DNA of 64,000 nt from Squalus acanthias (Eukaryota): contig CM059427.1 in the NCBI GenBank assembly GCA_030390025.1, positions 57,660,001-57,724,000 of the forward strand, read 5' to 3'. The notes beneath the pieces are model-generated. The model was not told where the DNA came from. It searched no databases and was given only the letters and a program-made list of their open reading frames with translations. How positions within the stretch are numbered: the first letter of the stretch is position 1; each line of letters opens with the position of its first letter. Made by a program: the position numbers and the translations under genes. This document shows, piece after piece, positions 1 through 14,461 of this stretch.

Positions 1-349
<349 letters not shown>

Positions 350-1002
350 CTAAAATGTTCTAATATGATTTAACAACCTTCTAATAATTTAGATACCTTT
401 GGTGCATCTCCAAGCACATGTCAAAGTGTCAGAAATCTTCAAGTGTTCAGAATTACTGTCAATCATAACTGTCAAAGGTACTACGGATCATTTCTCTGCC
501 CTGAAGCTAAACAATGTTTTGAGTACAGACTGTCTGTACTTTTGAAAAGATAATTTATGATTTAATAAAGTAAAATATTTAAATGTTTTCGCAAAAATCA
601 CTATGAAGATTCTCAAGTTACTAAAAGGGAGGATTCCTGTCAAAAGTGGAAAAGTAATGATTTTTTTTTCCAGATAGCAGCTGTAATGACAGAAAAGAAT
701 GAGATATATTTATAACAACATCAAGTTATGATACGCGCTTCATTTTTAACCTATGTAATTGAGAGTATCTACTTTGGCATTTCAGCCAACGTGTGACCAG
801 AGTTTGGAACTTGGAGCCTTGGCCAAGCAAACATCTGGCTAATTCCACACCACAAATAGCACTGGAATGCATTCAACACCTTCCATAGCTGCAATACTTG
901 AAGCATAATTCAAAAATAGACATGACAGCAAATCCCTGTCAGTCTAATACCACAGGACAAAATGGAGAACAGATTGGGAAGGGATTGATGAAACAGGATG
1001 AA

Positions 1003-1042
<40 letters not shown>
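1003..1042. repeat. (TG)n(TA)n compound microsatellite
   Basis: Read directly from the sequence. Confidence 0.95.
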
Positions 1043-1050
<8 letters not shown>

Positions 1051-1356
1051 AGAGAATAAAATGAGGGGGGGAAGGAAAATAAGTTTAAAATATATTAAAA
1101 TTGAAAACTGGATGAAGGATTTGGACAGGAAAGAAACAGTACAGTGATGGTGCCAATTACAGTGCAAGTGTTACATCGTAAAGTCCCCCACCCTTAAAGA
1201 TGTAATGTCATACTTCTCATCCCAACCCCATGAATAGATGATTCCACAGCTTATATCCTTAACACCGTATCATGTTAAATTGCCTTAATAAAAACTCTCT
1301 TTGTAAAATAAAAACATTGTTGAACCATCACAGGGAATAAAAAGTAATCACTTTTA

Positions 1357-1620
<264 letters not shown>

Positions 1621-3202
1621 CTAAGATAACATACATTTTTATTAGAAAACCCACTGACCTCCAACACAAATAAATACCTTTCGCTGTCTCTTGTGATTTC
1701 ACAATAGGCAAATGCAATACCATATATAAAACATTTAATTTACAAGGCTCAACTCTGAAAAGGCATTAAACCCGAGAGTCAAATGAAAGAGATTTATACA
1801 TGTATTAAATGCACAAGGTGAGTTGTGTGTATGTGTTTACTGGTTTTGTAAAATAAATTTATCTCAATGCCGAATTCTTTAACTGGAAACTGCAAAAAAA
1901 AACTATTAGTTACTGATAAGGTTTACTGTGTAAGTAGCCTTGTGAGTAACTGCCTTGTGACATTCTTTTAAATTATCAGTACTGATTACACACTTGCAGC
2001 AGCTATATTAAATATCTTTATCCTATATGGTTATGATTTATTCTTAATGCAAAGAGGCTGGTGAGAAAGGTCTGTAATTACTATGAAAATGACTCCTTGT
2101 ATGTGAAAACAGGATTTAGTTCAACAGTAACGTACATGAAGATGTGCATTACAGCATGACAACATTCATTTTGGCATGAGATGAAGGGAAGTGCTAAAAG
2201 TAATCCTAAAGTGTAAAAATGCACACACACCTTCCCACTTTATTAGTGCTATTACATTTTGCCAGGAGAGATATATTAATTAATACCTGAATAAGTTAAA
2301 ATTAACTGGCTGGTCTCAATACATTTGTTAAATAGGACAGCTGTACTGTCAAAATGGAAAGAAAAGGGGGTAAATATGAATTAGGTACTGTTACATTCCG
2401 TTTACATACACCTTTATACATATCACTGTAACTTTTATACAGTGTCATATATTACCTGGTTCTCACATTAAAAGCATTAAAACACTCATTAGCTTCAGTC
2501 AGCACCGATGTTGAAAGAAGAAAATATCAAATGTTCTCAGTTTTTGTATTTATTATTCAGTGCTGGGGGCTGGATGTGTTCAGATTAAATTAAACATTTT
2601 ATTTTTAGAATCATTCTTGTATTAGTACATAGACAATAAAGATAGGTTTATCAATATGTTTCACACAACCGTACCCTTTTCAAATTGCGTTTAATACCTA
2701 AAATATTAATTGGCCACATAACATAACCCACTGTTTTATACATAAATAACATATGTTCTGGCTAAATGTGAACAAAGTTCACTTGGTAATGCTAGCACCC
2801 ATTCCAGCACTAGACTTGTGGCTTTGGTTTCAATAAGGGTGAAATTAAAGGATATTGTGATTGGATTTTCTTTCAGAGTGTAGCAATTGTTTTTCAAAAA
2901 TGATCGTTTTTGATATTTTTTCAAATATTACTCTACCATATTGTGCTATAAATGAACATTATCAAGGTGAATATACACAATTATGCTCTTCTAAGTCATT
3001 CTTATGTTGATAAAATACTATCGATTAATTGATCTTACTCTCACCATGATTGAAGAAAATAGCAATATAACCATTATAAGTTTGTGGTCCTGCAATACGT
3101 TAGTACTGTATATCAATCCATCACAACATCTATTGCGCCCATTTGGATGCTCCTTTTTGCAAAAGTTTCAAAAATGTGACCGAATGAGTCAGCTGCTGTT
3201 AC

Positions 3203-5202
3203 CTGGAACGTCTGCTTCCGCTGGTACTTTCTCCTCTGTTGCAATTCTGCAAAAGTAGCTGCACCTGTTGCATATGTGTAGGCCATGTGCGGAAGGAAGC
3301 CCATTTGATCTAGCCCTGGGTACGGTCGCAGACCTGGAATACTAGACTGGGCCGAGGGCATGAAAGCGGCTGGGGGAAATGCGTTTTGTGGTGGAAGAGT
3401 TGAGTACAAAGGTTTGGCACTAAATGGATTTATACTGAATACTGGTTTAGTGCTTTTCTCTAGGGTGTTGTTCGTATTAGGCAATTCCTTCTTCAGGAAA
3501 GTCAAGTTCAAGGGCTCATCTGGGTTCTCTGATAGATAGGAAATACTGTTATGGTCAACAATAATACTATTGGTTTTATTTCTTATTTTTCCTGTGACAA
3601 CACTTTTATGTTCATTCTTTTGTTTTGGCAAAGACAAGTCCAGAGGCTCAGCCTGAGGCTCTTCTGAAGAGAAGCTGTTTGGAGTGTATGAGCTACTATG
3701 GGAGTTCTTAGAGGAAGTAGAGGAAAGATTCAAAGGGGAGGGAGTATTGCTCCTTGAGTGGTCCATCTTATCACCAATTGGTTTAATACTGATAAACTGA
3801 GAAGATTTACTAAGCCTGAGAGGTGCATCACAATTAGTAACACTGTTATGCAGTTCTGCTATTGATGGTGATGTTATGGAGTCCATCGGCTTTAATGCTG
3901 CTATTGGAAGCTTAGCTGACAGATAGTCTTTACTTATGAAAGTGTCGGCGGCAGCCAGTGCCAACTCTGCACTGGTCCGTTCCAGTGGCGGTGACCTGGA
4001 ATTGGAGAACTGGTAGACCTTCCTTTGCTCAAACCATTCTTTTACAAAATCCTGAGGGAGGCCAACAGCAATGGAAATTTTCAGTAGTTCTTCAGAATTT
4101 GGCTCCATATTCATGGCATAATAAGCTTTTAATACAGACATGTGGTCCTTATAAGCATTTATGGGGCTGGGGATACCTTTTTCCGAAAGAAGGGAGGACA
4201 ACATGTAAGCTTGCCTTTCGCCCAGCATTCCTTGTTTATTGGTAATTACAACTTCACTCGGTTGAAGCACAGCCTTGATTTCTTCATTCATCTTGCACAT
4301 GTAGCGTTCATGCTGATGTAAGGGAATGGGACCAGGGAAAGCCTCCCTACAAAACTGGCAGGAGTAAGGAGATGTGTTATTGTTGTCAAATGCCTTTTCC
4401 TCCATACCGAGATCTAATGCAGAACAGCCCATGTTACGTAACCTGTCCTTTTTCAAATTGCTCACTTGCCTTTGTGAGTCCGTGTTCAAACTCTGGAGAC
4501 AGGCTTTGGCTTCATTCACCTTCTCTAGTGTGTAGTCGATAATACTTTTAGTGGCACCGTTATGGCTGACAACTGGAAGACCAACAGATGGCATAACAGG
4601 GGAGGTAACTCCTTGTTCCTCAGCCAAGGAAGCTTGAGAGGCTGGCTCTTTCACATGATAACCTTTAAGTCTTGAAATCTCTTCAGATTTGCAGTCCATT
4701 TTTTGCCTACATACTGTATTGTCAACAATTTTGAGGACCTTTTGGACTTCACTTAAGTTACTGCTTGCTACATTTGCAAAGCTTAGTATTGGTGCTTCCA
4801 TCCCTACTCCTAAGTGCTGCATTGGACTTAGAACTGAAGTGTTGATTGACAGTGGGCTGCTAGCTCCTACTCCGCCATTTGGGAAAGTACCAAACCCATG
4901 GGAAGCCATCATGGCCTTGTAGTCATTGAAATCTAGTGGCTCTGTCTTGATTTTAAGCAGTCCTGGCTGCTCAGGAATACCAAGAGGCTTGCCATTCTCC
5001 AGTTTGTGCCTCAGTTGTGTAATTGCTGAATTGGTAGGAGAGGAAGAAGCTGAAGTAGGAGAAGAGCCCGGTTTTAGGCTGGTTCGCATCCTGCCATTGA
5101 CTGAAATCAGGCCAATGCACTTCTTGCTACTGATGTGAGAGCTGTAGGAACCGGAATGAGAAAAGCGCTTCTTGCAGTTTGGACACTCGTATGGCTTTTC
5201 AC
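3203..5202 (-). CDS. ZEB2: ZEB2 exon 8 equivalent (2000 bp): end of N-terminal ZnF cluster, Smad-binding domain, central ZnF, homeodomain-like region, CtBP motifs
   Basis: Acceptor tttttcag| at 5204-5203, donor |GTAAC at 3202. Begins (G)[28 protein letters not shown]. Contains [62 protein letters not shown] and PLRLS/PLNLS/PLDLS/PLNLT. Ends QRKQTFQ. Confidence 0.98.
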
Positions 5203-5413
5203 CTGAAAAAATGTTTCAAACAATTAAATTTAAACTTGTACAGTATTTGATAATCACATCAAAATTATGGATTTCAGAAAATGTAATGAGTTAAATATAC
5301 TTGACAATAAGCAAGAAATATACATTAACTGTATAAAAATAATGACATTTGATGGGTCATTATATTTTATATGTTTTAAAGTTGCTACTTCACACCGAAT
5401 GTCATAAAAATCA

Positions 5414-5640
5414 TAGGGGTAATTTAACAAATTTGTGCTCTTGCTGTGGAGCTCCGTTCACTTGGAGCACATATCAAGAATTCAGGAGAGGAGGTCGACT
5501 GTCCCCGAAGGACATTCTGGACAATAATTTTAATGGACAGATATCCTGCAGGGCCCACTGACCTCCACTCCTGAAGTTCCAATACACACTTCTGGCAGGT
5601 GAAACTCCACACCGAGAGCCTTTTTGTACAACTTACTCTC
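5414..5640. mobile_element. Possible decayed palindromic MITE in intron 7
   Basis: Starts ta|ggggtaattt. aattcaggagaggagg (~5477) is an imperfect inverted repeat of cctccactcctgaagtt (~5562). Confidence 0.3.
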
Positions 5641-5674
5641 ATCATTCAAAATATAACTATTATCTAGCAGACTA

Positions 5675-5947
<273 letters not shown>

Positions 5948-8681
5948 TCATATAATGGTTTTTGAAAGAACTGTTAAGCCCTTCAAGTCTCACATCGCAT
6001 ACAACAAAGAATTTTCCAAAAGAAAATCACTGCCACAACAGGTATAACCACCATAAACAACTCCTATTACTTGACATATTCAAGTCAAGTGTCATATGGA
6101 GAATGCAGAAGTCAGAAGTGGAAATGTATTTTTTTTTGTTCGGACCTTGTTGATTAAATGCAGATGAAAGTGTCTTAACTGTGGCAGCTTAATAGTTAAA
6201 ATTAATTAATATTCAATGCTTTGTTATGTTGTGTGAAAAAAAAGTTAAAATCTCAACAGATCTGACCTTTCTTAAACATCTGGCAGAAAGCACAATATGA
6301 ATATTAACTGGCAAGAAATTAAATCGATGGCAGCGGATACTCAAGGTAGGAGGTCAGCGTTCTAAAGTAGCAAAGATACAAAAGCTTTGCAAGGGAACAG
6401 TACTGAACAGTGTGACAACTGCTAGGGTGTGCTGACTCTTCCCACATTCCTGGTGAGACAGATGGTGTTGGACAGGACACAGGGAGGTTTGTTCAAACAG
6501 CAGCAACCTTCAAAGATCAAGCAAACCCTGGCCTGCAGAGCGCCAATGAGGGACTGGTGCTCATATGTTGCTGAGCTGCATAAACAAACAGCAACAGCTG
6601 CTTTGTCTCCCCTCAGTCCTTAGAGGACTGATGCAAACTTTAGTTGCGCCTCTGTTAATATGATACAATCATTTGTAATTACTAAGTGGGAGTGCCATGA
6701 TCAAATTATGGGCATTTTTTTTCAATGCTGAAGCTAAACACAAATAAATAAAATTTAAAAACAATGACAACAGAAAAAGAAACAACACAAGACACATACT
6801 GGGCAAAATAGTGTGACTCTGTGACAAGAAAACATAGGTAGTCACTTTTAAGAATGGGGATTTCTTTCAGCATTCTTATATCTTTAGATAAAATAATGAT
6901 GGGGCTTACGTTCCATTATACCGATGCAAAACAAAAAATAATTTTTATGAGGCCTTCACGGAATATTAAAGTGGCTTTACATTGATGGAGTGCTGTCAAC
7001 TACAGCTGCATTGTACTCCCAACATCAATGGCACTCTTTAATATAACTGATCCAACAACCTCCAGTGGCTTGACAGCATCGACAACTCACACGATGCTGA
7101 ATTCTGCGAGCTGCCATTGAGCCCCCAGTTAAACCAAAAAAGAAAATGCAGCTTCCCTCACTTTTGGCATTGGGAATCATGGGTCTCCACCGTAGGTTTA
7201 TTGCAGTGGTTGAAATAAAAGAAAATAAAGGAAAGTGGCCCATGGAGCTTGCGTGTGTCGGTTTGAGTGCTGCTTGCTGGATCCAATTTTATCATGTTAA
7301 AGTGCCATCAGTAAAATTGAGAACATCATTATTCTGTAGGCCCGGATTATTTTCCCGACAAAGGGCAACTGTAATATTTGAACCTTTAAAGGAGAGTAGG
7401 AGTCAGGTTCAAAATATTACAGTTATCCTTTCTAACAATGCTGAGATAAAAATGAACCTGGTGTTTTTAATAAGGCACATCCTGTAATTTCTGGAAACAT
7501 TTTTAAATCAATTTTTAATGGTACAGACCCTGCATCAAAAGGTGAAAGGGAAACGTTATTTAAAATAAATTTACACTGACAGAAAGTGCTTTATGTAAAA
7601 CGCAAATGAAATGTGCCTGTCATAAGAAAACAAAACAAACCACAATGTATTACTGCTTAAAGTTTCCAATGGAATTTTTTCTGCAATGCCATGGATAATT
7701 ATCTCATCTTCCAAAGTAACGAAGCTGTCATGTGCAAAGGTAAATATTTGAATGAAATCATTCTCTTAAAATGATAACAATGGAATAAGTACAGTTTTAC
7801 ACTACTATTTACGATATATGGTATTTCATATCTCCCAGGAGGAGGCAGAGGAAGTTACACTGCATAACACAAATGGTTTAGTAATGTTTAATCCAAGCAA
7901 GTGTTCCACAGAGAGGGTTTGCACGTATGTGCCAAAGAACGGGGGAAACAGTTTTGTGTAACTTACCTCTTTCCACCAGCTACGACGTACAACTGATTAT
8001 ACAGAATAAGTTAGCATTACAACAACAAATACATTGACAAGTCTCTTTCTGAAAGGATTTGGGGGGGGGGAGGCGGGATTTGGCGAGGAGAACAATTCAA
8101 TAAAAACAATAACCTTACACAATCAAAAAATAGTTTTAAATGGAAATATTCGGGTATTTGTTTAATGGAACTCAACCAAACCACGGTGGGAGGGAGTTGG
8201 ATGTAATTATTAAAACGAAAAAGAAGTATGGCAGGCAGAGAAAGCAAATGATCAGCAGAGGTGGCAGCATTATTACAAAAAAACTGTCACTTTGAACTAC
8301 TAATATTAGCTAGACCATAGGCCACACAGGCTTGAATCGTCTAATTTGATTAAAGGGTACGAGCACAACGGTATTGTCGAGATGACACACCATTTTAATG
8401 AGATTTTGAAAACGAAGGTAAAATCCCAAACTTAGCTAAACTTAAGCAGAGTTCAAGTGCTGATAATGTTTCTAAATTGGATATTAAAATGCTCATTCAA
8501 TCGTGAGTACATGATATTAAATCATCCTGGAAGAGACCATCAAAAAACCATTTAAACCTAAATTAGAGCTATTACCATTAAAGATTTGCATCTTCAAAAT
8601 GCCATAAAAAATTAATAGCCAATGGCAATTAAAATGATATTTATCCTCTAAGGGTTACCCATACCCATCCATGAGCCCCAC

Positions 8682-8896
8682 CTGATCTCTCCCTGGCTTG
8701 TGCGTGGCCATATGTCGTTCAAGCTGGGTGCGGTAGGCAAATGTGTAGTTGCACAGAGGGCAGGCAAAGTTGTCTTCGTTCTTTTCATGTCGATATTTAA
8801 TGTGCTCCTTCAGTGATGTCAAGCGCTTGTAGCCCCGGTCGCAGTATGGACAGGTCAGCAGCTGGGCAAAAGCATCTGGAGTTCCAGGTGGCAGGT
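8682..8896 (-). CDS. ZEB2: ZEB2 exon 6 equivalent (215 bp), two C2H2 fingers
   Basis: Acceptor ctgcag| at 8898-8897, donor |GTGGG at 8681. Encodes (D)[71 protein letters not shown]. Confidence 0.97.
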
Positions 8897-10589
8897 CTGC
8901 AGCCAGGGAGGGGAAAGGGAGAGCACAGGCCAAGAGGTCAGCAATCAATGGCAGTTAATGGGATGACTGCCCGGATGGTATGACAGGAATCGCTGCAATC
9001 TGCTGCTTCAAGTGCCATCATTACAGTGGCCTCTGCACACTTCGATTCCCCATACACACCCAGGCCAAGCTTATACATGTCATTTCATACCGTGTCTGGA
9101 ACTTCAGACAAGAATTTGATCTACTTTTCAAAAAAATACATTTTTTCTCAATAATTCCGCTTAAACTTCTAACACATTTACAAGAAAGCTCCACTACATC
9201 AGTTAATTTTCAAAATTTATATATGCAAAAGGACAATAATCTGTGAACAGTATAGCATTTTTAAATATCCACTTCACATACCATAATCAAAGAAACCAAA
9301 ATCCAAGCACTTTTTTAAAAAAAATTTGCTATGGAGGCATGACTATCTTTGAACAGTTTATTCACATCATATAAATGTACAGAGAATAATGGCATGTTGA
9401 GGTTTCCCTCCGAGAAATATTCAAGAGAAAGCCATTTTGCAATAAAATCAGTATTAAAAAAGAATCAGTCACCTCTTGCAGTCAACACTACAGGAATTTG
9501 CGAGGATTTTGATTGCACTGTACACTTTAGAGGGAGCATTTGGCTCTGACTGGGGTGACATGAAAATAATAAGAAAGTGTGTACAGCCGTGAATATTTTG
9601 TGTGAAGAAAAAAGTGGCAGCAGGCGGAAATCGAGTAAGAAGGAAACAGCATTAAAAGATAAAACTGGGATCCACTGAAACCCGGGAATAGTGTGACAAT
9701 GTGGAATCCATTGTGTGTGCGTGCATATATTGAAACAGCAATAGTAGCACAGAAGTAAAGAGAAATATGATTACTGTTTAAAAATGTGAGTAATACAGAG
9801 CCCATATAATAAATGGTAATGTTGGGCTATGTTAAAAAATGGGATATTGCGGCTTGGAAGGTTAGGCTGTTCAAGTTCTTTTTTAACTATCAGTTAATGG
9901 TCAGGCAAAGCAAATCTTAACACCTTTGTGTTTATTGCTCCCAAGTCTGAAGTATAGGTTTCATTTCTCTACAAGGGCCCCACTTAAAAAATGAAAGCCG
10001 GTGCCATGTTTAAAGCTTGGGGTATGTTTAAAGTAGGAGCATTTAAGATGTCAAACGACAAGCTAGGACCATGGCAAGAGGCAGGCAAACTGGTGACAGC
10101 CATGTTGTCTCACGAAAATCAATCATGCTTTTTTTTTCCCCATCTGCTGGTTGAAACTGGCCCATTTATACCTTGGGCCAATAATGCTTTTAAAATGTTC
10201 ACAGCTGCACTCTGGCTGCTACTCTGGGTATCAATGAGGTGTACTTTTATGGTGTTGTTCTAACCCAAACTGAATGTGATCTTCAGAGGGCAGGAATTAT
10301 AAAGCATGTTTTAGAGTTAGTCCCGCCCATTCAAATTTTTGATGCAGATATTCCTCTCACGATAGAGGGTATAAGATGTAATTTTTGTCAGGTAAAATGA
10401 TTTAACCACTACTGTTAAAAGTGGGTAGTTACCAACAAAAGGGAAGAATATGGGAAAAGCCAATCCTTCTTCTGATTTACCAATCTTGAAGGGCAAGCTG
10501 AGATAAAACCAATTACTTCATCATTGCCAAACCAGAATTAAAAAAAAAAATTAAGTGACCAGTTTCCCCAGCAAGACACCAGCCAATCA

Positions 10590-11815
10590 AACAATAATGA
10601 AAGCAACATGCAATGATATAGCCCCTTTAATGTAGAAAAGTGTCCCAAGCACCTTCACAGAAACATAAGGAAAAGAGTTGTCAAGCCATAAAGGGAGGCA
10701 TTAGGAGAGGTGACCAAAAACATGGTCAAAGAAGTAGGCTTCAAGGAGGATCTTATAGGAGGAGAGGGTGATGGACAGGTGGAGGCATTTAAGGATGGAA
10801 TTCCAGACAATAGAACCTAGGCATCTGAAGGCACAGCCACCAATAGTGGAGAAAGGGAAGGGGGCAATGCACAAGAAGCCAGAGTCAGAGGGGAGTATAA
10901 GGGGAGAGCGGGAGAGTTTACAGAAATAGGGAGGGATGAGATTATGGAGGGATTTAAAGACAGGATAAGTATTTTAAATTTGAGGCAATGGGGGACTGGG
11001 AACCAGGAGAGGGGTGATGGGCAAGTGGGGCTTGGGGCAGGCTAGAATATGATCAGCAACATTTTGGATGATCTGAAGTTTGTGGATGGTGGAGGATTGA
11101 AGGTCAAACATGATGTCACGGTTGCGAGGGAGGGGGATGGAATTGATTGCCAGGTACAGAGTTTGTATTGGGTACAAAGATGGTGGCTTTGGTCTTCCCA
11201 AAATTTAACTGCAGGGAGTTACAGTTCATCCAATGCTGGATGTCAAACAAGCAAGCTGACAACACAGAAACAGTGGAGGGGTCGAGAGAGCTGATGGGGG
11301 GAGATAAAGCTGGATATTATCGGAGTTCATAGGGAACCTGACCTTATGTCCATGGTTGATGTTGCCAAGGAGCAGCATGTAAATGAGGAAGAGGAGGAGA
11401 CCTACTGGATCCTTGCGAGACTCCAGAGGTAATGGTGCAGGAGTAGGATGATCAGCCATTACTAGAGATGTTCTGGCTACAATTGGATAGGTAAACCTGA
11501 AGCCAAGCATAGGCAGTTCCACAGAGCTGGACAATGGTGGAGAGGTATTGAAGGACGATTATATGAGATCAACTGAGTCAAAAGCTGCAGAAAGGTCAAA
11601 GAGGATGAGGAGGGATAGTGCACCAGGGTCACAGCCAGCAAGTTATTTGTGACTTTGGCTAGGGCCATTTTGCTGCTGTGCGAGGGGAGAAAACTTAATA
11701 GGAGGGATTCAAACAGAGTGCTGCGGGTAAGGCAGGCACAGATCTGGGATGTTTCCTTGGAGAGGAAAGGGAGGATGGAGATGGGAAGGGTGTTCTTCGG
11801 GGGACTGTGAGTGAG
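10590..11815 (-). mobile_element. L2-clade LINE 3' fragment, degenerate
   Basis: Minus-strand ORF pieces ALAKVTNNLL and KLQIIQNVADHILACPKPHLPITPLL resemble the L2 ORF2 RT and C-terminus. L2-type 3' tail near 10600 is shared with the copies at 21750 and 59490. Confidence 0.8.
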
Positions 11816-11819
11816 GGGA

Positions 11820-12134
11820 TCGGAAGGTAACTAGGGGACATAGTCTCAGGATAAGGAGTAGGCCATTTAAGACCGAGATGAGGAGGAATTTCTTCACTCA
11901 GAGGGTTGTGAATCTTTGGAATTCTCTGCCCCAGAGGGCTGTGAATGCTAAGTCTTTGAGTATATTCAAGGCTGAGATAGATAGATTTTTGGACTCTAGG
12001 GGAATCAAAGGATATGGAGATCGGGCGGGAAAGTGGAGTTGAGGTCGATGATCAGCCATGATCTTATTGAATGGCGGAGCAGGCGCGAGGGGCCGTATGG
12101 CCTACTCCTGCTCCTATTTCTTATGTTCTTATGT
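11820..12134 (+). mobile_element. CR1-clade LINE 3' end
   Basis: Encodes TRGHSLRIRSRPFKTEMRRNFFTQRVVNLWNSLP, the CR1 ORF2 C-terminus. Followed by a 3'UTR with the ggggccgtatggcct stem and a ttcttatg repeat tail. Confidence 0.92.
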
Positions 12135-13109
12135 AAGAAATTTGCGAACTGACCTCCATTTAGTTACTTGGTCACAGTTGCTTTCTGTCTGCAATGGGAA
12201 TGCTTTGATTCTAAACACCACAGGGCGGTAATTTGAATAGTCTAATCTGGCAGCTACCATGAGTGGTAGAAAACAGACCATGTGGGCTGTAAGCAGATTT
12301 ATCCCATTACTGACTGCTCAGATGGAAACCCAGGTCCTCATTATCTAAATGTATTGTCTGAGCTGGTGCAGCTTTTTAAAAGAAATAGATTTTCATTTTG
12401 ATTTCTTCAGCACAAATCCTTTTGCTAGCTCATCTGAAAAGTCAGAGAAGGTACTGACCCATCAGCAAATTTGACCATACAGCCAGCAGCAGCTTTAGCA
12501 GCAGTGTACCCTGAGACTTTTGGGGGGGAAATGAGCAACTTCAACAGCAGGCTTGTATTTCAGGCTTGGAATGTAACATAACACTAATGTATTTCTCCAG
12601 GACATTCTATAATCTTGTGATCATCATACTTACAACATTGCTGCTTGTTATGCTCAACCACTAGGGGTCAAGTCTTTTGCCTACCTGTTGCCAACTGAAT
12701 ATGTACGAGCATTAAAAAAAAAAGCTACTGTTTCACAACTTATCAAACCAGTTTCTTGTTGTTTCTAGAAATATTTATATATCTGTGTTTTGTACTACGA
12801 CCCCCGTGCATTTAAGAAAATATATTAAATATACGTTTTAACATGGTGGGAATAACTTTTGAGAAATGTTATCATCCTCATTAAACAACAACTGTTGCCA
12901 CTGGAGAACAGCAGAAATGACCAGCTAATAGAGGCAACGCTTCAATGTACCAGGGCAAATGGACATTTTAAGGGTAGCAATATTGTTCTTGCAATATGGC
13001 TTCTTTTGTTCACACTCACAATATACAGTGAGCCTAGAACAGCCCTGTATAACTGTATAATGAACGATTCAATTAAAAAGGAGCTGCAAAAATGCATCCC
13101 CACTCCCAT

Positions 13110-13827
13110 CCCGATAACTTTTTTCCAACATGCAACGCCCCCATTTTCAAGTGTGAATGGGGCAGTAGCAGGCCAAAATGGTGGTGCACTACTTAACACC
13201 CCGTTGCCGTCGACATCCGACCTGACGTGATTTTCGAGCAGGCCGAGAAACAGATGCGCATGCCGCCCCCCGCCCCCCCACCCCTCGCCCGCCCAAAATA
13301 GGTGGGTGCCTACTGAAATATGCCAAGAGGGCTTCTACACTGTCTGTAAGGCCCCGATTCAATTTTGGGTGTTCCACTGGCTGGAGCATGCACTCTGTGC
13401 GCTTCGTCCAGTGGATCTGAACGCCGAGTGGCCAAACCAGCGGGCCTTCAAGGGACTGTTGCAGGCCACTCTTAAAGCAGGGAACAAAACCACAGTGGCG
13501 TTGATTTTTTTGGGGTTGCCAAGAGGAGCATGAATGCTTCTCCTAGCCCCAGAAATATCTTCCCAATCGCTACCAGTCCCTCCGTGCCTTCCTTCCACCC
13601 ACCCAACCCCAGCATTGTGGCCAGGTTTCCGTTACTGCGCCCCCCACCCCATTCCCGATCGGTGAACTGTTTGTCAGTGCTCGTTGAGCACTGGTAACTA
13701 TCCAAAAGTATTGTAATGGGCCCAAGCATGAAAATGATTCAGGCCTCTCACTGGTGCCATCGGGTGGGCAGTGCAGTCACTTCACCCACCGCCCGCCCAA
13801 TGTGCACACCAAACGAAAATGAGCCCC
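13110..13827. mobile_element. GC-rich degenerate non-autonomous DNA-transposon-like element
   Basis: Abrupt GC/CpG-rich block ending gaaaatgagcccc, similar to the aaaatccagccc terminus at 55872. Left terminus not recognisable. Confidence 0.45.
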
Positions 13828-14461
13828 TACATGTCTACATTCTTTGTAGTGCAAAGGGATGCCTGTTATACTCAAAAATTGCTCTGAGATCAAAATTCTG
13901 GACCATTCCAAATAACACAGCTCTCCTCTTTAATATAAATCCATTTTCCTAAAAAGTATTCATTTCTACAAACAAAAGGACATATACTATAGCACCCAAA
14001 TATTTATTTATTTTAAATATGTTTTTTACATTCTAGCATTGGTACCGTGCATTCCAGTATTAGTACTGTTTAGTTCTTCCTAACTGCCATGTGATATTTT
14101 TGTTAATGAGATGAGTAGTCTAGATAATACATAAAATGGTTTTAAAGAAACCCATTCTGACAAACAATTATCTAACTCACATTTGCAAAGGTGAGAATGG
14201 GTGGAGGGACAATTAATCTACTGATTAAGTGGGCGCTGTGTGCATGAATTGCAAAGCTGTAAATGTCTGTGGAAGGAATTTGGCTCGCAAAGCAGCTATC
14301 CTGTCTAAATCTTAGTAAAATCAATAATAAAGTACTTTTTACCCTAGCTAAAAACAATAATAATCGTCTACCCTTTGAAAAAGATGCAAGAAGTGGCCTG
14401 CTTGACTTTGTATTTTTCCACTATTTTGTTTCTAATGTTCTCTACTTTACCCCTCATATTT

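Noticed and set aside
3113-5089. 658-aa ORF as a stand-alone gene or truncated isoform
   Set aside because: It is the interior of ZEB2 exon 8. The true boundaries are 5202 and 3203, and the last ~29 codons are intron read-through past a good GT donor.
3958-5138. Plus-strand ORFs antisense to exon 8
   Set aside because: Shadow frames of the coding strand with no recognisable protein features.
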